The notes under the pieces were generated by a model. It had not been told where the DNA came from and ran no database searches. It saw only the letters and a program-made list of their open reading frames with translations. A program made the position numbers and the translations under genes. Positions 1 to 7,214 of a stretch of 30,886 nucleotides of DNA are shown piece after piece; the stretch's first letter is position 1; each line of letters opens with the position of its first letter. Source of the DNA: a virus (Duplodnaviria > Caudoviricetes); the IMG/VR virus record IMGVR_UViG_3300016643_000098, positions 1 to 30,886 of that record; one strand, 5' to 3'.

Positions 1-211
1 TTCCTCAGGCGGTGGAAAGGCGCGTTAATGCATTACTACCAGCATCACATCGGTGACTTTATAAAGGCTACGGCTAGGCTATCAGATAGCCAAACGATGG
101 CCTATTTACGATTGTTGTGGATGTATTACGACAGCGAAAAACCGCTACCAAACAACACAAAAGTGCTTGCATTTCAAGTTGGCGCAAGCGTGGAAGATGT
201 GGATTTGCTGT
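1..211. repeat. Terminal direct repeat, left copy (circular assembly overlap)
   Basis: 1-211 (TTCCTCAGGC...GGATTTGCTGT) is identical to 30676-30886. Confidence 0.97.
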
Positions 212-792
212 TGATAAGTTTTTTTACATTAGCAGATGATGGTTGGCACCAAGCGCGATGTGATCGAGAAATTGAAGACTATCGCGTTTTTTTGTCTAAA
301 AAAGCTAACGCTGGTCGAGCATCTGCTGAACGTCGGAAGAACATCAGTTCAACAGGTGTTGAACAGGTGTTGAACAGGTGTTCAACGGGCGTTCAACTAA
401 CCAATAACCATAAACCAATAACCATTAACCATAAACCAATAAAAAATACTAAGGCGACTATCGTCGCCGCGCCTGACGGCGTTAGTAGTGACACATGGGA
501 TGCGTTTGTTGTTTTGAGGCAAGCCAAAAAAGCGCCAGTGACAAAACGCGCCTTGGATGGCATACAAGCGGAAGCAACTAAGGCTGGCTGGACGTTGGAT
601 GCAGCCATGTCTGAGATGGCTGCGCGAGGTTGGACAGGATTCAAGGCGAAATGGGTTCAGGAGCGTCTTACAGCCTCTCAGGAGCGACGAAACACGATGG
701 ATGCACTTACCCGTGGTCTAGCCACGCCAAAGCCGCAGAAGCCGTTTTGGAGCGTTACAGAGGCATTGGGGGTAAACGATGTGGAAGGCTGA
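28..792 (+). CDS. YdaU/DUF1376-family phage replication initiator (lambda O analogue)
   Basis: N-terminus MHYYQHHIGDFIKATARLS...AYLRLLWMYYDSEKPLP is typical of DUF1376. The gene lies downstream of the Cro-like gene and contains an internal iteron array. Confidence 0.85.
   Translation: MHYYQHHIGDFIKATARLSDSQTMAYLRLLWMYYDSEKPLPNNTKVLAFQVGASVEDVDLLLISFFTLADDGWHQARCDREIEDYRVFLSKKANAGRASAERRKNISSTGVEQVLNRCSTGVQLTNNHKPITINHKPIKNTKATIVAAPDGVSSDTWDAFVVLRQAKKAPVTKRALDGIQAEATKAGWTLDAAMSEMAARGWTGFKAKWVQERLTASQERRNTMDALTRGLATPKPQKPFWSVTEALGVNDVEG
347..468. promoter_or_regulatory. Putative replication origin: iterons, AT-rich tract and inverted repeat
   Basis: Five GTTSAAC at exact 11-bp spacing (347, 358, 369, 380, 391); six WAACCAW heptamers (398-439); GGCGAC-tatc-GTCGCC (453-468). 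All lie inside the initiator gene, as in lambdoid origins. Confidence 0.75.
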
Positions 793-1168
793 AGACTTTT
801 GTGATTCGGACACGGGATTTGACTACGTGTTCACGAAAATGAGCGCGATCTATGGCGCGATGTTTGCAAACTTTTGGCGTGATGTCGATCCGGCGATGAT
901 TCGCCAGGTGTGGAAGGATGCCTGTGATCGTGGGTTGACCTACCGACCGAAGATGGACTATGCCTTGCGATATATCGATCCTGAGCGCCCACCGTCAGCG
1001 CTGGCTTTTGCGAAGTTATTGAACGAAGGGCCTGTGATTCCTGACAAACCAAACACGCAGATTGAGCGGCAAAAGACACAAGCGGAGCTGGCTGAAGACA
1101 AGCGCCGTGGTGACCTGGCGCGTGCCCAGCTGCGGGAGATGTTGGCCGGTATGAGGATGCCGAAATGA
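779..1168 (+). CDS. Putative replication protein P-like helicase loader
   Basis: Overlaps the end of the initiator gene. MSAIYG...W...W and PPSALAF resemble P-like proteins. The call is mainly positional. Confidence 0.45.
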   Translation: MWKAEDFCDSDTGFDYVFTKMSAIYGAMFANFWRDVDPAMIRQVWKDACDRGLTYRPKMDYALRYIDPERPPSALAFAKLLNEGPVIPDKPNTQIERQKTQAELAEDKRRGDLARAQLREMLAGMRMPK

Positions 1169-1368
1169 AAAAAACCTTACAGCAACTTTACCCAGGCCAA
1201 ATGTTTGTGCTGCGGAGAACTGGGGAAACCTTTCAGTTTTTGCGGCGGCGTTGGAAAGAAAAATCGAACTACGGCAACGCCGGTACTGAGTACCTGGTTT
1301 GGAATGTAGACCGTAACGAAGAAACGATTTTAAATCCGCAAGTTCAAGTTGAGGAGAAAAAAGCATGA
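1165..1368 (+). CDS. Hypothetical protein
   Basis: ATGA overlaps with both neighbours. Confidence 0.7.
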   Translation: MKKTLQQLYPGQMFVLRRTGETFQFLRRRWKEKSNYGNAGTEYLVWNVDRNEETILNPQVQVEEKKA

Positions 1369-1664
1369 GTAAGCCTGTAGCGTATGTGACGGGCTATTAC
1401 CAAGGACATTGCGTCATCCAACCAACTGATCCTGCTGTTGTTTTACCTGTCGGCATGGCCCTGCACCGCGCACCGACAGATTGGGTTGAGCTGACGGATG
1501 TGGAGCTCAAACAAACAAATGTAGGCATAGGAGAACGAGGAATGCAAAAGCGTGGATGGGTTGGGCTGACGGTAAACGAAGCACGAGAGTTTTACGAGAG
1601 CGAACTGAGCCGAGAGGATGTTATATACAAGATAGACGAGTTTTTGGAGGAGAAGAACACATGA
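1365..1664 (+). CDS. Hypothetical protein with two WVxLT motifs
   Basis: GAGGAG RBS upstream and ATGA coupling at both ends. Confidence 0.7.
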   Translation: MSKPVAYVTGYYQGHCVIQPTDPAVVLPVGMALHRAPTDWVELTDVELKQTNVGIGERGMQKRGWVGLTVNEAREFYESELSREDVIYKIDEFLEEKNT

Positions 1665-1891
1665 CACGAGCCGACATTGATGACTTAATGCGAGACAACG
1701 ACATCGTGGTAGTGGGTGAGGCTGTTTACGCTCTTTGCCAAATAGTCGCAGCACAAGAGCGTGAGAAGGTTGCCGCATGGATGATGGAGCGCAACTACGC
1801 AACAGGCCACGGCGACACGACCGAGGATCTTTTGAAAGAACTTGCGTGGCAGATTGATGAGGACTTGGACAAAGCAAGGAGTGAACGATGA
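1661..1891 (+). CDS. Hypothetical protein (MTRADIDDLMRD...)
   Basis: Start moved to ATG 1661 (GGAGGAG upstream, ATGA overlap) within the 1556..1891 ORF. Confidence 0.7.
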   Translation: MTRADIDDLMRDNDIVVVGEAVYALCQIVAAQEREKVAAWMMERNYATGHGDTTEDLLKELAWQIDEDLDKARSER

Positions 1892-2115
1892 ATGTATTCA
1901 AACTTATTAATCGATTGGCAAAAACCGATGATTTTGTCATGTTGCACAGCACTGAACTCGAAGCGATTCTTGAGTACATTCGAGATTTGGAAGGCAAGGT
2001 AAAGCAAGCGCGAATGCACTTAGAGCAAGCCTTTGTAGACTGTCCACCATGCAACAATCGATGTCATCAAGGCAGATTTTGTCCAGCCCATGAGAAAAGC
2101 CAAAGTAGACACTAA
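1888..2115 (+). CDS. Hypothetical protein with C-terminal CPPCxxxCHQGRxCP motif
   Basis: AGGAG RBS, ATGA overlap, Cys cluster. Confidence 0.7.
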   Translation: MNVFKLINRLAKTDDFVMLHSTELEAILEYIRDLEGKVKQARMHLEQAFVDCPPCNNRCHQGRFCPAHEKSQSRH

Positions 2116-2383
2116 CCAAGAAGTCATTGTGCAAGCCTTGAGAGCTGCGGGGGCAACGGTACAAAGCCTGGCTGCAGTGGGGCATGGCGTGCCGGATCTG
2201 TTGGTTGGATTTAGGAATCAGACCGTGTTGCTGGAAGTCAAGGACGGCGCAAAACGGCCATCACAGCGACGATTGACCGAAGATCAGATCAAGTGGCATG
2301 GACAGTGGAATGGCGGCGTATTGGCCATCGTAGACAGTGCTGACAGCGCGTTACGCGTGTTAGGAGTCATCAATGAATCCTGA
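2090..2383 (+). CDS. VRR-NUC-like PD-(D/E)xK nuclease / putative resolvase
   Basis: GVPDLLVG...LLEVK...LTEDQIKW motif. Confidence 0.8.
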   Translation: MRKAKVDTNQEVIVQALRAAGATVQSLAAVGHGVPDLLVGFRNQTVLLEVKDGAKRPSQRRLTEDQIKWHGQWNGGVLAIVDSADSALRVLGVINES

Positions 2384-2702
2384 AGAAGCTGCGGAGTTGA
2401 TTCGAGAAAAAGCTGCCGCGTTTGGCAAAAGCAAAGCGCAGCGGGTGTACCTCGAAGAATTTAGGCGAAGCAAAAAAGCCATGTTGATGAAAGACAGTTT
2501 GACGATGGGCGTGGAAGCTGCAAACGCGCAAGAACGCGAGGCGTTAGCCGATCTAGAATATGTGGCGTTGCTCAAAGGTTTAAGGGAAGCTGTGCAGCAA
2601 GAAGAGACGTTGAAATGGGAGCTGGAAGCAGCTAGGCTTGACATTGAGATTTGGCGAACACGGCAGGCCACGGAACGCATGGTGATTCGTGCCCATGAGT
2701 GA
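2373..2702 (+). CDS. Helical/coiled-coil phage protein of unknown function
   Basis: AGGAG RBS, overlaps its neighbours, charged helical sequence. Confidence 0.75.
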   Translation: MNPEEAAELIREKAAAFGKSKAQRVYLEEFRRSKKAMLMKDSLTMGVEAANAQEREALADLEYVALLKGLREAVQQEETLKWELEAARLDIEIWRTRQATERMVIRAHE

Positions 2703-3042
2703 GATTGCAAAACACAAGTATGTGCGAAGCAAAAAGCTGTTGAAACTGACGGCGCAGCTGCCGTGCCAGTTATGCGGTGCCGAGCACCAGGTGCAAGCGG
2801 CGCACTGTAATTGGGGTGGCGGCAAAGGGTTTGGCATCAAGGCTGATGACAACCTGGTAGCGGCACTTTGTTATGAGTGCCATCATGACGTAGACCAGGG
2901 GCACCGGTGGTCAAAACGCGAACGACAGCAGGCATGGTGGTATGCCCACCGCAAAACCGTTGAGCGGTTAGTGGAAATGCAGTTATGGCCTGTTGACATT
3001 CCGTTGCCGAATGAGCAAGAATGGCATCGTCTCCTCACTTAG
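2695..3042 (+). CDS. Zn-binding HNH-like nuclease (DUF968/DUF1364/NinG-like)
   Basis: PCQLCG...AAHCN...GFGIKADD...LCYECHHDVD motif. Confidence 0.7.
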   Translation: MSEIAKHKYVRSKKLLKLTAQLPCQLCGAEHQVQAAHCNWGGGKGFGIKADDNLVAALCYECHHDVDQGHRWSKRERQQAWWYAHRKTVERLVEMQLWPVDIPLPNEQEWHRLLT

Positions 3043-3066
3043 CGGGCTATCGGCCCGCACTTTTTT
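3042..3066 (+). terminator. Putative intrinsic terminator closing the replication/nin block
   Basis: GCGGGC-tatcg-GCCCGC followed by AC and TTTTTT, directly after the stop codon. Confidence 0.55.
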
Positions 3067-3079
3067 GGCATATCATCAC

Positions 3080-3442
3080 ATGATGGATGATGACGCAGCC
3101 GAATTTATCGCCGCCTTGTTGCATAGCAGCACGGTGACGCATTTCATGCATTTATCGACGGATTCGTATTCCGCGCACAAAGCACTTCGCAAATACTATG
3201 ACAAGATCATCGATCTGACGGATGATTTTGCCGAAGCCTATCAGGGTCGATACAACAAGATCAAAGCGTATCCGGAAGAATTTCACATGAGCAAAGATCC
3301 TGTGAAATATTTGAAGACGATGCAGCAGTTTGTTGATGAGAGCCGCGACGATTTACCCCAAGACAGTGAAATTCAAAATATCATTGATGAAATTAGTCAA
3401 TTGATTGATTCAACCTTGTACCGCCTTAAATTTTTAGATTGA
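3080..3442 (+). CDS. Ferritin/Dps-like four-helix protein (DUF5856-like)
   Basis: THFMHLST..YSAHKAL..YY......DDFAEAYQG resembles the Dps H...D...E metal-ligand pattern. Start set at ATG 3080 (3083 is an alternative). Confidence 0.7.
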   Translation: MMDDDAAEFIAALLHSSTVTHFMHLSTDSYSAHKALRKYYDKIIDLTDDFAEAYQGRYNKIKAYPEEFHMSKDPVKYLKTMQQFVDESRDDLPQDSEIQNIIDEISQLIDSTLYRLKFLD

Positions 3443-3450
3443 AAGGAACG

Positions 3451-3681
3451 ATGATGAAGAAAGACAATGCAGAGATGCAACCAGCGGGTTATGGTTATGG
3501 CAGCAATGCCAAGATGCCCAAGGGCGCAGATGCAGCGGATGCCAACGGTAACCGCCGTGAGAAAGTGGTCAATGGTATTGGCATGGGCAAAGCCGATGGT
3601 GTGGGTTCCGACATGCCATTTGATGGCGGGCGCATGAAGGGCGTTTGCTATACGCATGAACGCAAGTCTTACCAAAAGTAA
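3451..3681 (+). CDS. Small Gly-rich hypothetical protein
   Basis: AAGGA RBS before ATG 3451; TAATG coupling to the next gene. Confidence 0.75.
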   Translation: MMKKDNAEMQPAGYGYGSNAKMPKGADAADANGNRREKVVNGIGMGKADGVGSDMPFDGGRMKGVCYTHERKSYQK

Positions 3682-4622
3682 TGGCTACGACATCGCTGGC
3701 TGACCTGGCAGGCAGAGGCCAGCAGCCGATACAGGCTGATTTAGCGGCGATGGTGCCGCAGCCGCCGATGAATGCTCCGATGGCCGCACCTATGGGAGGA
3801 GGCATCAATAAACAAATCGAGCAAGAATATTTTGATCGACTTGACAACGACTTTGAGGGTTTGAAGTCTGAGTATGCCCAGGTAGTCAATGCCCGCGGTG
3901 AGAATGTAACCGATGGCGGGCGAATCTTAAACACGGATGATGCGCGGGAGCTGTCACCGCACTATCGGGCAGACCGCACCAAATCGGCAGACGTTCACGA
4001 ACCAGCATCAGCGTTCGTTAAGCAAATGTATGCCGACAAACTGGCCAATCCTACGCCGCCAGGCATGGATAACACGGTTGTGTTCACGGCTGGCGGTACG
4101 GGCGCGGGTAAGACCACAGGTTTACAGCAAGCCATGGAAGTTGATCCGCGATTGGCGCAAGCGGAAATTGTTTACGATACAAACATGAATAAGTTTGCAT
4201 CTGCAGACCAAAAAATACGCCAGGCGCTGGATGCGGGTCGGAATGTGAGCGTGGTTTATACATTTCGAGATCCGACTGAGGCGTTGACGGAGGGTGCGTT
4301 GACGCGGGCCAGTAGGATGGAAGCAGAGCTTGGAACCGGTCGAACCGTGCCGCTTGATGAGCACTTCAAAACCCATGTCGGCGCGTATGAAGTGATGAAA
4401 CAACTTCAGGATCAATACGGTGACGATCACCGATTTTCGATGAAGATCATTGATAACAGCCGTGGCAGAAACCGCGCACGAGTGGTAAGCAGCCTTGACG
4501 AATTGCCGAAGTTGGATCATACTAAAGTTAGAAAGGAGCTTGATGATGCACTCGAAAATGCCTACCGTACCGGAAAAATTAGCCAAGCCATCTACCAAGG
4601 AACGCGTGTTAACGCCCGCTGA
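3681..4622 (+). CDS. Zeta-toxin-like P-loop kinase (apparently permuted)
   Basis: Walker A GGTGAGKT (aa 138-145), IVYDT strand, VSVVY...RA lid region, and an ILNTDDARELSPHY...VHEPAS segment. Confidence 0.75.
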   Translation: MATTSLADLAGRGQQPIQADLAAMVPQPPMNAPMAAPMGGGINKQIEQEYFDRLDNDFEGLKSEYAQVVNARGENVTDGGRILNTDDARELSPHYRADRTKSADVHEPASAFVKQMYADKLANPTPPGMDNTVVFTAGGTGAGKTTGLQQAMEVDPRLAQAEIVYDTNMNKFASADQKIRQALDAGRNVSVVYTFRDPTEALTEGALTRASRMEAELGTGRTVPLDEHFKTHVGAYEVMKQLQDQYGDDHRFSMKIIDNSRGRNRARVVSSLDELPKLDHTKVRKELDDALENAYRTGKISQAIYQGTRVNAR

Positions 4623-4716
4623 ACATCGCATGAAGCGCATGCACGACAAAAAGACGCAAGCCATGGCAGAGAGTATTGCGGCTGCGTTGAACCGAGCTGT
4701 TGTAGCGGGTAAGTAG
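4606..4716 (+). CDS. 36-aa helical peptide overlapping the kinase 3' end
   Basis: AAGGA RBS at 4597-4601 and GTG at 4606. It fills the gap and its TAG overlaps the next GTG. Confidence 0.5.
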   Translation: MLTPAEHRMKRMHDKKTQAMAESIAAALNRAVVAGK

Positions 4717-4919
4717 TGGTTAATTGCAAAAATTGTCGGTTTTTTGTGGCTGGCAATATTTTGGGGGTTTGTCGGCGTTATCCGGAAATGCACAATAAGC
4801 ACGAGATGGATTGGTGCGGTGAGCACTGTCCGGTGGTGACTGTAAAGGTGTATGACATCATGACCGATACCACGGTCGAAAAGAAGAGAGGAAGGCCGCG
4901 TGTTAAGACCGTTGCATGA
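4716..4919 (+). CDS. Small Cys-cluster (metal-binding) protein with KRGRPR tail
   Basis: C-x2-C-x11-C-x14-C pattern ending in DWCGE; C-terminal KKRGRPR. Confidence 0.7.
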   Translation: MVNCKNCRFFVAGNILGVCRRYPEMHNKHEMDWCGEHCPVVTVKVYDIMTDTTVEKKRGRPRVKTVA

Positions 4920-5160
4920 TCGCCTGGTGGTTCGCCCGACTGTTCGGCAGCTGTCGGATGTATTGGTGGTTAGAAACGACGAGCCTTTCAACGAGGGCGA
5001 AATTGTGGCGATTGGCCCGCGGGTACGCGATGCAAAACCAGGAGATCAGATTAAATATGGCAACGGTTCGTACTTGGATTGGCCGATCCATGAAATGGAC
5101 GGCCAGGTTTATCAGATCATTCAAGAAGCCGATGTAGCCTGTATTGTGGAGTCATCATGA
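4900..5160 (+). CDS. groES: GroES/Cpn10-like co-chaperonin
   Basis: LRPLHDRLVVR, GEIVAIGP, KPGDQI and IIQEADVACIV match the Cpn10 signature. Confidence 0.9.
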   Translation: MLRPLHDRLVVRPTVRQLSDVLVVRNDEPFNEGEIVAIGPRVRDAKPGDQIKYGNGSYLDWPIHEMDGQVYQIIQEADVACIVESS

Positions 5161-5429
5161 AAAAGCATGACAAGCCGATTCCACACACGACGACCGGCAA
5201 GGGCAAGAATTACAAGCCTACAGAACAAGGCGCTGGAATGACGGCCAAAGGCCGCGCAGAGTACAACGCTAAAAACAACGCCAATTTGAAGCCACCAGCG
5301 CCGAATCCCAAAACCAAGGCTGATGCTGGTCGCAAAGCCTCATTTTGTGCGAGGATGGAAGGTGTTGTTAAACATGCTAAAGGCCCAGCGACGCGGGCCA
5401 AAGCAAGCCTAAAAAACTGGAATTGTTGA
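5157..5429 (+). CDS. Small basic phage protein (DUF6321-like)
   Basis: GAGMTAKGR..YN....NLKPP and RKASFCARMEG motifs; Lys-rich. Confidence 0.7.
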   Translation: MKKHDKPIPHTTTGKGKNYKPTEQGAGMTAKGRAEYNAKNNANLKPPAPNPKTKADAGRKASFCARMEGVVKHAKGPATRAKASLKNWNC

Positions 5430-5439
5430 AAGGACAATC

Positions 5440-6033
5440 ATGCCAAATACACAAGCCATTGGTGTTGCCTACGCTGATCCATCATTGACGAGTTTTGAAG
5501 TAGGCACATCAGCTGTGCCTATTAGTGTGACCGCAGCGGGCAACCTGACACAGATTTATGCCACGGCAAGTCACACCACGGGCGATGCCCGCGGTTTATA
5601 TGCTCGCATGGACTTTGCAGCGGCGGGAGCTGGTGAAACGCTTCGTGCGTTTTCGAGGGTCACGGCAGCGCAGGGTTTGGGACAAACCACAAACGGTGCC
5701 CATGTAAGCCTATCAGTCAATACAGGCGGCACGATCAGTGGTGCGGGTAACGCGCTGCGGGCAACGATTGGCGGTTCATCGACCAATCCTGGTGGCACGT
5801 TGGCAGCGCTGCAGTTGGATTCAGATTTTGCATCGGGCGGTACGTGGTCAAACACATCGTTTTTGCGCGTGACCAACAGCGGCACCGGTGAAGTGGGCAA
5901 CTTTGCCGCCATGCCAGCGGTGAGCGCCACGGGTGTATTTCGCGCCAAGGTGGGAACACCGGCCTGTACGCATACGATTCCAGTCACCAGTGGTGGAACG
6001 ACTTATTACGTGATGGTCAGTACGATTGCGTAA
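5440..6033 (+). CDS. Putative virion decoration/fibre protein 1 (NTxxIGVAY N-terminus)
   Basis: AAGGA RBS; Ala/Gly/Thr/Ser-rich beta-type sequence. Confidence 0.6.
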   Translation: MPNTQAIGVAYADPSLTSFEVGTSAVPISVTAAGNLTQIYATASHTTGDARGLYARMDFAAAGAGETLRAFSRVTAAQGLGQTTNGAHVSLSVNTGGTISGAGNALRATIGGSSTNPGGTLAALQLDSDFASGGTWSNTSFLRVTNSGTGEVGNFAAMPAVSATGVFRAKVGTPACTHTIPVTSGGTTYYVMVSTIA

Positions 6034-6203
6034 TGGACATTACCCGCGAATTTATCGTTGAAGAGATGCGCCTGGTGCAAATTGAGATGGCGAAGGCGCA
6101 GACTTTCATGATTAAAGCGGAGACATCATTAGCAATTTACCGGATGTTATTGGAGCGCCTGGATCGACAGGAGACCATTGATAATTTTGGGGGCACTGAC
6201 TGA
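6033..6203 (+). CDS. 56-aa helical protein (not in ORF track)
   Basis: Hand translation MDITREFIVEEMRLVQIEMAKAQ...NFGGTD*; TAATG and TGATG coupling at both ends. Confidence 0.75.
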   Translation: MDITREFIVEEMRLVQIEMAKAQTFMIKAETSLAIYRMLLERLDRQETIDNFGGTD

Positions 6204-6367
6204 TGGCCAAGGGACTGTACGCCAACATTCACGCCAAGCGTGAGCGAATTGAAGCGCAGAAAGCCGCGGGCAAAAAGCCTGAGCGGATGCGTAGTCCAGG
6301 TGCGCCAGGTGCGCCAACAGCCAAAGCATTCAAGGAATCAGCCAAAACTGCCAAGAAAGCAAAATAA
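6203..6367 (+). CDS. 54-aa Lys/Ala-rich basic protein (not in ORF track)
   Basis: Hand translation MAKGLYANIHAKRERIEAQKAAGKKPERMRSPGAPGAPTAKAFKESAKTAKKAK*; coupled at both ends. Confidence 0.8.
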   Translation: MAKGLYANIHAKRERIEAQKAAGKKPERMRSPGAPGAPTAKAFKESAKTAKKAK

Positions 6368-7008
6368 TGGGCAATACAAAGTCTATTGGCGTTGCTTACA
6401 GCGACCAGGATTTAACAGGATCGACAATCACAGATCCTATCTTTGATTTTTCGGGATTGAGCGCAGTATCAACACCGTTGAGCGGCAGCGAGACCCTTGC
6501 ACTCATTCAGAGTGGCAGCACAAAACGCGCAACGGTTGCGAATCTGTACACCGGCATGCATTACGGCATGTTTCAGGACAATCAGACACAAACCAATGGT
6601 GGCGCAACCACTGCCAATGTGATGCTGATTCGCGTTACGGACTTTGCTAGCGGCATTTCTATTGCAAGCAATTCACGAATTACGATGAGCCGCACGGGTG
6701 TGTACAACATTCAGTTTTCATCGCAGTTTTCACGAGCTGGAGGCGTTGGGTTTTCCACAGTTGAAGTGTGGCTATCCAAAAACGGCACCAATGTGCCTGA
6801 GACCAACACACAGTTGAATGTGCCGCAAAGTGGTGGCAAAGCCGTGGCTGCGTGGAACTTTTTAGTGCAAGCCACAGCGGGTGATTATTACGAGCTTTAT
6901 TGGTCGAGTACAGATACAAGTGTGGAAATGTGGTATGCAGCGGCGGGCACCAATCCAACGCGACCGGAGACACCATCGATCATCTTGACAGTGTGTCAAG
7001 TCGGATGA
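6367..7008 (+). CDS. Putative virion decoration/fibre protein 2 with C-terminal beta-sandwich (C1q/BclA-like) domain
   Basis: N-terminus is paralogous to 5440; SRIT...TGVYNIQFS...WLSKNG...AGDYYELYW pattern. Confidence 0.65.
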   Translation: MGNTKSIGVAYSDQDLTGSTITDPIFDFSGLSAVSTPLSGSETLALIQSGSTKRATVANLYTGMHYGMFQDNQTQTNGGATTANVMLIRVTDFASGISIASNSRITMSRTGVYNIQFSSQFSRAGGVGFSTVEVWLSKNGTNVPETNTQLNVPQSGGKAVAAWNFLVQATAGDYYELYWSSTDTSVEMWYAAAGTNPTRPETPSIILTVCQVG

Positions 7009-7214
7009 GAGCATTTTTAGTGCAACGCCTGGCTGAAGTTCAAGAACTGGCAAAGCAGCATGAAATCGCCTTATTTCAACTCAGCGGCGCGATCCAAGAA
7101 TTGAATTTCCTACTCGCAACCTTAAAGGACGATCATGCCACTGACCAAATCCCCAACCAAGAAAGCATTCGAGAAGAACATCAAAGCGGAAGTGAAAGCG
7201 GGCAAGCCTGTTAA
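7005..7214 (+). CDS. Small coiled-coil protein
   Basis: ATGA overlap at 7005; heptad-like LAEVQELAKQHEIALFQLSGAIQELNFLL. Confidence 0.65.
   Translation: MRAFLVQRLAEVQELAKQHEIALFQLSGAIQELNFLLATLKDDHATDQIPNQESIREEHQSGSESGQAC

Noticed and set aside
1-211. Physical terminal repeat of the virion DNA
   Set aside because: It cuts through a leader and the start of a gene, and cannot be told apart from an assembly overlap without reads. It is treated as circularity evidence only.
347-439. CRISPR array or mini-array
   Set aside because: The units are 7-11 bp with no unique spacers, lie inside a coding gene and have no cas genes nearby. An iteron origin fits better.
1443-2057. 204-aa minus-strand ORF
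   Set aside because: Shadow of ATGA-coupled plus-strand genes.
4122-4991. 289-aa minus-strand ORF
   Set aside because: Antisense shadow of the kinase, Cys-protein and groES genes, with no recognisable motifs.
6240-6446. 68-aa ORF from the track
   Set aside because: The alternative frame 6203-6367 is coupled at both ends and explains the region better.
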